Assembly: GCA_040755455.1 (NCBI GenBank)
Contig: JBFMAY010000018.1
Location: 3,303 to 67,302, forward strand
Direction: 5' to 3'
Length of the DNA stretch: 64,000 bases
From: Thermodesulfobacteriota bacterium
GTDB lineage: Bacteria; Desulfobacterota; Desulfobulbia; Desulfobulbales; SURF-16
Below the pieces are notes generated by a model. It worked only from the letters and a program-made list of their open reading frames with translations, was not told the DNA's origin and did not search any database. The translations under genes were made by a program, and so were the position numbers. Below, in pieces: positions 37,524 to 48,031 of this stretch; the stretch's first letter is position 1, and each line of letters begins with the position of its first letter.

Positions 37524-38561
37524 ATGGTTAGAACTGTTTTCTCGCTGCTGATCTTTGTTTTTCTGGCCTTCGCTTCTCTTCCCCATGCCATGGCCGAGGA
37601 GACGAGCGAGCCCAAGGCCGCAGCGCTTGTCAAAGACGGTCAGCTGATTGATCTCACTTCCCCCCGCTACCAGGACCTGTTCGGCGAGCTGCGGCTGCGC
37701 CATCATTTCAGCCAGGAGGAGATTGACCGGCTCTTTTCCGGGCTGACCATCAAGCAGCGGGTGCTGGAGTTGATGGACACCCAATGGGAAGCTAAGCCCT
37801 ATTTCCTGTATTATCCCCTGTTCGTCACCCCGGAAGTGGTGGCTGAAGGGCGGGAAAAGCTTGCGGAAAACAAGGAGCTGCTTGACAAGATTGAACGGGA
37901 AATCGGCGTTGAGCGAGAAATCGTGGTGGCCATCTGGGGGGTGGAAACCCGTTACGGCCAGCACAAGGGCGCCTTTAATCTTTTCCAGACCTTAAATACC
38001 ATGTTTGACGCCTATCCCCGGAGAAGCAGTTTCTATCGGGACCAGCTTGTCCATTTCCTGCTGCTCTGCAAAGAGAATCATGTTGATCCGCTGACGATTA
38101 CCGGCTCTTATGGCGGCGCTTTCGGCCAGACCCAGTTTATCCCGTCCAGCTTCCGGGACTATGCCGTTGATTTTGATCGGGACGGCAGCAGGGATGTCTG
38201 GAATTCCACGCCTGACGTGCTGGCCAGCATCGCCAATTATCTGCACCGCTTCGGCTGGATGTTGCATGCGCCCGTCTACCATGAGATTGGCCGCAGCTTG
38301 AAGAGTGAAACCCTTGCGTCTGCCTATAAAACAGGGAGAAAGGGTTTTGTGTCTGTCAGCGAAGTTGCCCAGGTTCAGGGGGTAACCCTGCCGCCTGCCC
38401 CGGAAAACAAAGAGGTGACCATCGTTGGCCTGGAGCTTGCGGATGGCGGCATGCGCTATGTGGCCGGTTATCCGAACTTTCAGGCCATCACCGCTTGGAA
38501 TAACTCGAACCGCTATGCCATGGCCGTGGTGGAACTCGCCGAGAAGCTGACCGGCAGGTAA
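37524..38561 (+). CDS. mltB: lytic murein transglycosylase B family
   Basis: Signal peptide, catalytic region IWGVETRYG, GAFGQTQFIPSSF, W.S..D...S.ANYL, YN.SN.YA.AV motifs. ATG 37524 has AGGAAGAGGAG upstream. Confidence 0.85.
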   Translation: MVRTVFSLLIFVFLAFASLPHAMAEETSEPKAAALVKDGQLIDLTSPRYQDLFGELRLRHHFSQEEIDRLFSGLTIKQRVLELMDTQWEAKPYFLYYPLFVTPEVVAEGREKLAENKELLDKIEREIGVEREIVVAIWGVETRYGQHKGAFNLFQTLNTMFDAYPRRSSFYRDQLVHFLLLCKENHVDPLTITGSYGGAFGQTQFIPSSFRDYAVDFDRDGSRDVWNSTPDVLASIANYLHRFGWMLHAPVYHEIGRSLKSETLASAYKTGRKGFVSVSEVAQVQGVTLPPAPENKEVTIVGLELADGGMRYVAGYPNFQAITAWNNSNRYAMAVVELAEKLTGR

Positions 38562-38675
38562 AAATCGGCCGGACTTTTTTGTGTCACCGGCCTGCTGCAG
38601 GGCCAAAGTGCCTGCAGTCCGCTTGTCGCCTTTGCTGCGGGCAGAAGTCTGCCTGGCAACCTGGCCAGGGATGAT

Positions 38676-38849
38676 TCAGCATAAAAGAATGGCGATGCCG
38701 ATGGAAAAGAGAAGGCAGTAACCGAGTCCCATCAGATATTCAAGCGGATTGGCGAAGAGCGTGGGCAGGGTGCCGATGGCGAGCAATGCAAAACACCCTA
38801 ACGCTGTTTTGAATTGTTTTTTGTCCCGCAACCGGGTGCTTTTTGTCAT
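38676..38849 (-). CDS. possible 57-aa two-helix membrane micro-protein downstream of the PilZ gene
   Basis: Internal ATG of track ORF 38676-39026 gives MTKSTRLRDKKQFKTALGCFALLAIGTLPTLFANPLEYLMGLGYCLLFSIGIAILLC. No clear SD. Confidence 0.25.
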   Translation of the reverse strand: MTKSTRLRDKKQFKTALGCFALLAIGTLPTLFANPLEYLMGLGYCLLFSIGIAILLC

Positions 38850-38913
38850 CTGGTTTTCGCAAACAGCTGCAAATGCGGTTAAATCCTTGCCTGCCGGAAA
38901 GCAAGGCAAGGGA

Positions 38914-39258
38914 TCAGCCCTGCTGTTTGGCAAAGATTTTGATGAACTGGTGCAGTATCGCCTGGCCGGCTTGGTCTGACTCAAGCAATTCCAGGCCGGT
39001 GTGAAATTTCTTCCCTTCCTCCTCATTACAGTAAATTACCCGGCCGCGCAAATTAACCAGGTTGTCTTCAAGGGCGATTTCAAGGGTCAGGGTGTTGCCT
39101 GGGCTGATGTAGAAATTGGTCTCGAGAAGGATGCCCCCCTCAGAGACATTCAGAGTCCGGCCCATGCCCTCGTAAAGAACATCGCCATCTTTATCCTCGC
39201 AGATGTACGAGAGGTTGAGTGCCGAGTACCGTTCATGTTTCCTTTTATCTTCAGCCAT
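38914..39258 (-). CDS. single-domain PilZ (c-di-GMP-binding) protein
   Basis: RxxxR motif (RKHER) and D/NxSxxG motif (NVSEGG) are both intact. ATG 39258 (MAEDKRKHERY) is preferred over the track start 39312. Confidence 0.8.
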   Translation of the reverse strand: MAEDKRKHERYSALNLSYICEDKDGDVLYEGMGRTLNVSEGGILLETNFYISPGNTLTLEIALEDNLVNLRGRVIYCNEEEGKKFHTGLELLESDQAGQAILHQFIKIFAKQQG

Positions 39259-39544
39259 ATCCCATCCTGTGTGATTAAAAGTTTGCGGGTAATAAAACTT
39301 TTGGGCCCGCATCCAGCCGTTGGCCGCTCCCCGATCGTCCTGGCCAGATCCGTCTCAAAATCCGGGTGATCCCGAAAAGCTTAAGTGCCGGCAAGCTCTG
39401 AGTTGGGGAATGGTGGCTGGAGATGTCTGTGCTGGAGCCGGACAAAAAAAATGCTATTATGCCAGTGGAAAAAAGAGTGTGTAAGGATTTTTACCCTGTC
39501 AACATATAATCATGTGTTGCTGATTCCTGCCAGGAAATTTTCAC

Positions 39545-39583
39545 AAAAAAACGGGCGCCTCAAAAAAGAGGGCCCGTTTTTTT
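39545..39583 (-). terminator. rho-independent (bidirectional-looking) terminator after acs
   Basis: A7 - CGGGCGCCTC aaaaaa GAGGGCCCG - T7, so the hairpin is followed by a U-run on either strand. Confidence 0.8.
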
Positions 39584-39603
39584 ACATGAATGCAGGAAAC
39601 GTT

Positions 39604-41595
<1,992 letters not shown>

Positions 41596-41870
41596 TTTGC
41601 CTCCCTGAAAAATTACTATGATTTAATATAGGTAAAATAGTGCCAGCAAACGTACCGAAGGTAGAGTTGCCCATAAATGCCTCCCCTTGATAACCAGTGG
41701 CGTTGCAAGAGGTCAAGCTAAAAAAACAAAAGAGTCATTTTTCAATTAACCCTGATTCAACCTTATCCTCTATGATTGAGCATCAGTTTTGTGTCAAGAA
41801 GAAAATTTGTGTGGAAAACAAAAATGCAGGAAGCAATGGAATGAAAGATTTCTTCTTGCTATACTGACGA

Positions 41871-43211
41871 ATGAATATGGAAAAACGGAATCAACCGGGT
41901 TTTGCCTCAGGCAACCTGATAAAATATCTCAAAAAAACAGTATGGCCCGCAGAGGAGAAAAAAGTAGACTGGCAGATGTTCTCTCGATTTTTGCGGTATA
42001 GACAACATGTTTCGGCGGGGAAAAAGGTGCGATATCTTATTGGTGTGGCGGCCGCCGTGTTGTTGTTATGCGGCCTGGCAATCACGGCCTCGGCCTGTGA
42101 TCCTGCCCTGAGGCAGGTGGCGCCGGACAGCATGCCTTTTTTCATGGATGATGCCGGCTGGCAGGATTTGCAAAAAAGTGTGGAGAGAAGCATGACCGCA
42201 CTTGCAGGGATTGACAAAGAACAACTGTTTGTCCTGTGCGGCCGGAGCTATCCCGCCTCGTGGCTGCAGCAGTCAATGGCCGTATTTTTGCGGGGGTTGC
42301 AAACTTACCCTGCGGAAGCGGATTTCCGCAAGTTTCTTTCTGCTAATTTTGATGTGTGTCAGACGAAAGGTTCTGATGGGGCCGGGCGAATGCTCGTTAC
42401 CGGTTACTATGAGCCTTTCCTTGCAGGCAGCCTGACGAGACAATCACCCTTTGTCTACCCTCTTTATCAGGTTCCGCCGGATCTGGTTGTGCCGGCTGGC
42501 AATCTGGCTGGCAATGAGGGCGGACGGATGGAAGATGGTCGTTTTGTTCCGTACTGGACGCGGGCGGAAATCGAGACGGGGGATTTGCTGCAGGGCCAGG
42601 AAATTGTCTATCTGGCCGACCCGCTGGACGTTTTTATCCTGCAGGTGCAGGGCTCAGGCAGAATCAGGCTGCCGGACGGCTCGGTGCGCAAGGTGCATTT
42701 TGCCGCCAGCAACGGCAGAAGGTACCTGAGTATCGGCCGGCTGCTGGTGGACCGTGGCGTCATGAGCCTGGAAGAGGTGACCATGCCGAAAATCGTCTCC
42801 TATCTGCATGATCATCCCGATGAGATGCAGGACATCCTGCGCCATAATGACCGATATATCTTTTTTTCCATCTCCCCTGCCGGGGGGGAAACAGATAACG
42901 AAGGACCGGCGGGCAGCCTGGGCCAGCCCCTGACGGCCGGCCGTTCCCTTGCCGTGGATGGCATGTGCTTCCCGGTCCCCATGGTGGGCTATCTGGAAAC
43001 GGCTCTGCCGGTTTTTGCTGATCGTGGCGCCGTCATTGGCTGGAAACCCCTGCGCCGTTTTGTGGTCAATCAGGATAGTGGCGCAGCGATTAAGGGACCC
43101 GGCCGGGCGGACCTTTTCCTGGGCGGGGACGAGTATGCGGCCAGGGCGGCAGGGGTGATGAAACAGCCGGGGGCTCTGTATTTTCTGGTGTTGAAAGAAG
43201 AGAAAATGTAG
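41871..43211 (+). CDS. mltA: membrane-bound lytic murein transglycosylase A
   Basis: Lipobox ITASAC, MltA domain (VTGYYEP, Y.RAEIE), 3D domain (D.GSAIKGPGRADLF.G). The upstream part of the N-terminus is uncertain. Confidence 0.85.
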   Translation: MNMEKRNQPGFASGNLIKYLKKTVWPAEEKKVDWQMFSRFLRYRQHVSAGKKVRYLIGVAAAVLLLCGLAITASACDPALRQVAPDSMPFFMDDAGWQDLQKSVERSMTALAGIDKEQLFVLCGRSYPASWLQQSMAVFLRGLQTYPAEADFRKFLSANFDVCQTKGSDGAGRMLVTGYYEPFLAGSLTRQSPFVYPLYQVPPDLVVPAGNLAGNEGGRMEDGRFVPYWTRAEIETGDLLQGQEIVYLADPLDVFILQVQGSGRIRLPDGSVRKVHFAASNGRRYLSIGRLLVDRGVMSLEEVTMPKIVSYLHDHPDEMQDILRHNDRYIFFSISPAGGETDNEGPAGSLGQPLTAGRSLAVDGMCFPVPMVGYLETALPVFADRGAVIGWKPLRRFVVNQDSGAAIKGPGRADLFLGGDEYAARAAGVMKQPGALYFLVLKEEKM

Positions 43212-43242
43212 TTTTTTTGCGGTTAAGAATTCGGAGGACAGC

Positions 43243-44421
43243 ATGAAACAGCCGGAAATAGATTACTGGATTGCCTGTATGCTTGATACCTATGACAATG
43301 TTTCCGATCTCAATGTCACAGTGGACAAGCCGTTGCAGGTAGAAACCTCGGGAGTGCTCTCTCCGGTGATGGTCAAGCCCGAGGTGGAGCAGATTACCCC
43401 CTTTCAGTCCGAGGTGTTCGCCTTAAACGTCATCGGTGGCAACAGGCGGCTGCTCAAGGATCTGGCCACCACCGGCTCCTGCGACCTTTCCTATTGGTTG
43501 GGCAAAAAGGCCAGGTTCAGGGTCAATGTCTTTTCCCAGAAAACCAATCTGTCCACGGTATTAAGAAAACTGCCCACGGAGATTCCCACGATCAAGAGTT
43601 TGAACCTGCCGCCGGTGATGAACAAGATGTCGGATGAGCTGAACGGTCTCATCCTGGTTACCGGCGCCACCGGCTCAGGTAAGTCAACAACCCTGGCCGC
43701 GCTGCTCAACAAGATAAACCATGAGCGGGCCGTGCATGTCGTGACCCTGGAGGACCCGATAGAGTTTGTCCATCCCCATCTGCAGGCCACCTTCAACCAG
43801 CGGGAGCAGGGCAATGATTTCGATACCTTTGCCAATGGCCTGCGGGCCGCCCTGCGCCAGGCGCCCAAGGTTATTCTGGTGGGCGAGATGCGCGACCGGG
43901 AAACCATGGAGATCGGGCTTACCGCCTCTGAAACCGGCCATCTGGTGCTCAGCACCCTGCATACGGTGGATGCCGGTTCCACCATCAACCGCTGTCTCGG
44001 CATGTTCGAGCATGATGAGCAGCCCCAGATCAGAAACCGGCTGGTTGACACCGTACGCTGGATTGTCTGCCAGAGGCTGCTGCCAAAGGTGGGCGGTGGC
44101 CGGGTGGCCGCCTTTGAGGTCATGGGCATGAACCTGCGCATCAGAGAGGTTATTTTGAACGGTGAGTCGGAAGGGAAAACATTTTACGAGATCATCACTG
44201 ACGGCACCGCCATGGGGATGACCACTTTTGACCAGTATATTCTGCAACTTTATGAAAAGGGGCTGGTGACCGAGGAAACGGCCATGGGTTATTGCTCGCG
44301 TAAAAGCGCCATGGGACGTGGTCTTGATATGATCAAGTCCGCCAAGGGGGAAACAACCACCGGCATTACCGGCCTGACCATGGAAGAGGAAAAGAAAAAT
44401 AAATATGAGGCGTTTTCCTGA
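43243..44421 (+). CDS. PilT/PilU-family type IV pilus retraction-type ATPase
   Basis: Walker A GATGSGKSTT, Asp box TLEDPIEF, Walker B ILVGEMRD, His box GHLVLSTLHT. Unusual 35-aa Lys/Glu-rich C-terminal tail. Confidence 0.88.
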   Translation: MKQPEIDYWIACMLDTYDNVSDLNVTVDKPLQVETSGVLSPVMVKPEVEQITPFQSEVFALNVIGGNRRLLKDLATTGSCDLSYWLGKKARFRVNVFSQKTNLSTVLRKLPTEIPTIKSLNLPPVMNKMSDELNGLILVTGATGSGKSTTLAALLNKINHERAVHVVTLEDPIEFVHPHLQATFNQREQGNDFDTFANGLRAALRQAPKVILVGEMRDRETMEIGLTASETGHLVLSTLHTVDAGSTINRCLGMFEHDEQPQIRNRLVDTVRWIVCQRLLPKVGGGRVAAFEVMGMNLRIREVILNGESEGKTFYEIITDGTAMGMTTFDQYILQLYEKGLVTEETAMGYCSRKSAMGRGLDMIKSAKGETTTGITGLTMEEEKKNKYEAFS

Positions 44422-44498
44422 TCTCGCTGGCAGTCATTAACCGCAGCTTGCGGTAATGAGGTAACAGATAACTTAATAAACAGAAAACGAGGTCGCCG

Positions 44499-45203
44499 AT
44501 GATTTCTGCATGCCCCAACTGTGGCAAGACACTCAATTTAACGGAAAGCCAGCAGCAGAAGATTGACCATGCTGTGGCCGCTTTGGCCCCGGGTAAATCT
44601 CTAAAATTTAACTGCCCCCATTGTCAGAAACCCATCGAGGTGCCACGGGAGGCACCGGCGGCGGTGCGGCCGCAGAAGCAGCCACAGGCCAGCCGTGCGC
44701 TTCCTGGTCCCCCTGGCCCCCCTGACCGTAGCTGGCTTGAGCGGGGGGATCTCGGCAGCGGTGAGGTGCTTGAAGATGTCCCCCATGTTCTGATTCTGGT
44801 AAAGGATGAACAGATCCAGGCTGATATCGCCCAGTTTTTCGATGACATGGGCTATAAGGCCGTGATGCCGCGCACTGCCGAGGATGCCATCGAGCGGATG
44901 CGTTTTACAAATTTTTCCGCGGTGGTTCTGCATTCCGGCTTTGAAGGGAGTCTGGCCGCCTCCACTGTGCACGCCCATATGCAGGGCATGGCCATGCCGA
45001 AGAGAAGGTATATCTATTATGTGCTGATCGGACCGGAATTTCATACCCTTTACAATCTGGAAGCATTATCCAACAGCGCCAACCTGGTAGTGAATGAGAC
45101 CGATATTTCGGCCTTTCCGCTGGTGCTGAAAAAGGGGTTCCGCGATTATGATGAATTGTTCGGCCCTTATCTTGCCGCCTTAGAGGGCATGGGCAAGAAA
45201 TAG
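44499..45203 (+). CDS. zinc-ribbon protein with a C-terminal receiver-like (pseudo-receiver) domain
   Basis: CPNC...(32 aa)...CPHC four-Cys ribbon, Pro-rich linker, then a flavodoxin-like alternating beta/alpha pattern (VLILVKDE...AVVLHSGF...YYVLIGP). His sits where the phospho-accepting Asp of a true receiver would be. Confidence 0.7.
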   Translation: MISACPNCGKTLNLTESQQQKIDHAVAALAPGKSLKFNCPHCQKPIEVPREAPAAVRPQKQPQASRALPGPPGPPDRSWLERGDLGSGEVLEDVPHVLILVKDEQIQADIAQFFDDMGYKAVMPRTAEDAIERMRFTNFSAVVLHSGFEGSLAASTVHAHMQGMAMPKRRYIYYVLIGPEFHTLYNLEALSNSANLVVNETDISAFPLVLKKGFRDYDELFGPYLAALEGMGKK

Positions 45204-45259
45204 GTCAGAAGTCAGAAGACAGCAGGCCGGATAAAACACTCCTGGCCCCCCTGCAGAAT

Positions 45260-46204
45260 TTATCCCAGCAGCGAAAACAGGGAGAGCAGCAGGAGGGTGA
45301 GCCACATGGTCAGCAGCATCAGTCGGTTGGTTGCCAGGATGTGGCTTGCTGCTATTTGCCGTCGCGCATCGCCAATGGTTGGTTTGACCACCACCTGGCC
45401 GAAGTAAATGCTGCTGCCGCCGAGCCGGACGCCCAGCGCCCCGGCCACGGCCGCCTCCCCATGGCCGGAGTTGGGGCTGCTGTGCTTCTTTCTGTCCCGC
45501 CAGAATATCCGCCAGGATGATCCGGCGTCAAGGCTGAGCAGCAGGGCCGCCAGCGGCACAAGCAGGCCGGTAAGCCTGGCCGGGATGAAATTTGCCAGGT
45601 CATCAAGCCTTGCCGCGGCCCAGCCGAACTCCCGGTACCGGTCATTTTTGTAGCCGAACATGGAATCTGCCGTATTGATCGCCTTGTAAAGCATCGCTGC
45701 CGCAGGTCCCCCGACAAAGGCATAAAACAGCGGCGCACACACCCCGTCCACCATGCTCTCCGCCACGCTCTCCACCGCCGCCCGGGCAACCTCCTCTTCG
45801 CTCAGTTGATCTGTGTCGCGACCGACAATCATCCCCACCCTGCGCCGCGCCTCGGCAAGGTCGTGGTTCTGCAGGGCATCGTAAACCGCCCTGCTGTGCC
45901 TGGCCAGATCCCGGGCGGCGATGGTGGTGTATAAAATGAGGATGGACACGGCTGTCCCGGCCAGGGGATGGAGGCGTTGGGCGCTGTGCAGCAGGAGCAG
46001 CACCGCCCCGCCTGAGATGGCGAGCATGAGAAAAAGGGTCAGGATGCCAGCCACATTCAGGGGCAGCCCGGTTTTCCTGAAAAAATTCTCCAGGGTGGCG
46101 CCAAGGGAACCGATGAGCCGGACCGGGTGCGGCAGCCAGCGGGGGTCTCCCCAGAGCTGATCGAGCAATGCGGCAAGGATGATCTGCAGGGCTGGGGGCA
46201 TCAT
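45260..46204 (-). CDS. cbiB: adenosylcobinamide-phosphate synthase CbiB/CobD
   Basis: [20 protein letters not shown]-terminus, multi-TM, SPN.G..EAA.AGALG..LGG motif. Overlaps the cobQ stop (ATGA-type, 46201-46204). Confidence 0.9.
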   Translation of the reverse strand: MMPPALQIILAALLDQLWGDPRWLPHPVRLIGSLGATLENFFRKTGLPLNVAGILTLFLMLAISGGAVLLLLHSAQRLHPLAGTAVSILILYTTIAARDLARHSRAVYDALQNHDLAEARRRVGMIVGRDTDQLSEEEVARAAVESVAESMVDGVCAPLFYAFVGGPAAAMLYKAINTADSMFGYKNDRYREFGWAAARLDDLANFIPARLTGLLVPLAALLLSLDAGSSWRIFWRDRKKHSSPNSGHGEAAVAGALGVRLGGSSIYFGQVVVKPTIGDARRQIAASHILATNRLMLLTMWLTLLLLSLFSLLG

Positions 46205-47721
46205 AGGCCAAGCAGGCGATAGACCTGCGCCATGTCAAGCTGTGTCCGCACGGCAGCGGCCAACCGGTCAAAAGCCGGCTCCAGATCATAAGGGGCGCAG
46301 ATTCTGCCCATGGGATCAAGCCCCTGCCGCAGGCGCAGCCCGTCAAGAAACCAGCGGCGGAAGTGGTCGTCGTCAAAGATGCCGTGCAGGTAAGCGCCCC
46401 AGACAAGGCCGTCGTCTGATGCAACGCCGCAGGCCGTGCCGTCGGCAAAATGGAGAAGCGGGGTCTGGGAGGAGCGGCTTTGGCCGTGGTGGATCTCATA
46501 ACCCCGGACGGCGAGGCCTGAGAGCCGGTGCGTCCCCTTTTTGCGGGTCAAGGTCTTATCCCGGGCCAGCACCGTCTCCAGGTCAAGGAAGCCAAGTCCG
46601 TTGATGCTTTTTCGCGAGGATTCCACGCTATGGGGGTCCTTGATCAGGCGACCCAGCATCTGAAAGCCGCCGCAGATGCCGATGATGGGGGTATTTCGCC
46701 GGCGCAGTGTGGCAATTTTTGCGGCAAGTCCCGAGGTGTTAAGCCAGACGAGATCAGCCGCCACATTTTTGCTGCCAGGCAGCACGACCGCTGCCGGTGA
46801 GCCGAGATCTTCGCCCGTGCGAACGATGCGCAGACAGACATCCGGCTCGGCCAGCAATGGTTCAATGTCGGTAAAATTGGCGATATGGGGCAGGTCGATC
46901 AGGGCAATCTCAAGCGCCTTTTCTTCTGTCCGGCTGCCGTCATATATGCCGTTTTTAAAACCCACGGAATCTTCTTCAGGCAGCCCCAGTCCGGGGATAA
47001 AGTCGATCACCCCGAGCACCGGTTTGCCTGTGCGTTTTTCCGTAAAGGCCAGGGCATCGCCCAGCAGGGATTTGTCGCCCCGGAAGCGGTTGATGACAAA
47101 GCCGCCGATCAGGGCGCGTTCCCATGGATCAAGAATTTCCATGGTACCGAGCAGAGCGGCAAAAACACCGCCCCGGTCGATGTCGCCGACCAGCAGCACC
47201 TTGGCTCTGGCATAGCGGGCCATGGGCATGTTGACTATGTCATGGTGCTTGAGGTTTACCTCCGCCGGGCTGCCCGCTCCTTCCATGATGATGACGTCAT
47301 GCTCCGCGGCCAGGGCATCAAAAGCCTCGGTGGCCCTGAGAAAGGCCTCCGGCTTGTAATGGAGGTAGTTATCCACCTTCATGTTGCCCACCGGTTTCCC
47401 CATGACGATGATCTGGCTGCCGGTGTCGCTGTTTGGTTTGATCAGCACCGGGTTCATGCGGACATCCGCCTCAAGCCGCGCCGCCTGGGCCTGCACCGCT
47501 TGGGCCCGGCCCATTTCCTCACCATTTCTGGTGACAAAGGAGTTGAGAGACATGTTCTGCGCCTTGAAAGGCGCCACCGATAAACCGTCCTGCAGCAGAA
47601 TACGGCACAGGGCCGCGGTGAGAATTGATTTGCCCGCATTGGAGCAGGTTCCCTGGAGCATGAGGGCCGGGGTGCGGAGTGCAGTGGTTTGGGTGAAAAG
47701 TTCGGCAAGGGACAGGGGCAT
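46201..47721 (-). CDS. cobQ: cobyric acid synthase CobQ
   Basis: [29 protein letters not shown], and a GATase domain with ICGG.QMLG and GYEIH.G. Confidence 0.93.
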   Translation of the reverse strand: MPLSLAELFTQTTALRTPALMLQGTCSNAGKSILTAALCRILLQDGLSVAPFKAQNMSLNSFVTRNGEEMGRAQAVQAQAARLEADVRMNPVLIKPNSDTGSQIIVMGKPVGNMKVDNYLHYKPEAFLRATEAFDALAAEHDVIIMEGAGSPAEVNLKHHDIVNMPMARYARAKVLLVGDIDRGGVFAALLGTMEILDPWERALIGGFVINRFRGDKSLLGDALAFTEKRTGKPVLGVIDFIPGLGLPEEDSVGFKNGIYDGSRTEEKALEIALIDLPHIANFTDIEPLLAEPDVCLRIVRTGEDLGSPAAVVLPGSKNVAADLVWLNTSGLAAKIATLRRRNTPIIGICGGFQMLGRLIKDPHSVESSRKSINGLGFLDLETVLARDKTLTRKKGTHRLSGLAVRGYEIHHGQSRSSQTPLLHFADGTACGVASDDGLVWGAYLHGIFDDDHFRRWFLDGLRLRQGLDPMGRICAPYDLEPAFDRLAAAVRTQLDMAQVYRLLGL

Positions 47722-48031
47722 ATTTTTTCAGGGCCAGGAATTTTTTTTGATCTTGCCTGCGGGCCAGGGACGTTTTGTCGCTGCCTTTCAGACCGATGAG
47801 GGGGTGAAGTATGCACTGAAAATGCTGATCATGCAAAAGAAAATTTGCCTTTTCCGTGAAAACTTGCCGACTTTGTTTTTAAAGCCTGACGCAGGAGCGA
47901 TTGCCTGCCCGCTATAATGCGCCATGCCGGTGAGTAGTGGGGGCATGGCAAAAAAAAATGGATTTTTCTTTTTTTTTTGTGATAACCTTGATGAACACCC
48001 AAAAATTATTGAATTCCAGGAGGATAGATTG

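Noticed and set aside
45642-46499. 285-aa minus-strand ORF overlapping cbiB and cobQ out of frame
   Set aside because: Its translation is Arg/Pro/Ala/Gly-rich, and it overlaps two recognisable cobalamin genes in a different frame.
47722-47960. Expected cobalamin riboswitch in the ~240-nt leader of cobQ-cbiB
   Set aside because: I read both strands for the conserved GGGAA...GGTG...AA.CC core, the GCCACTG element and the B12 box, and found none. The region instead contains a CCTGGCCC direct repeat and homopolymer tracts. A covariance-model scan (Rfam RF00174) would settle it.
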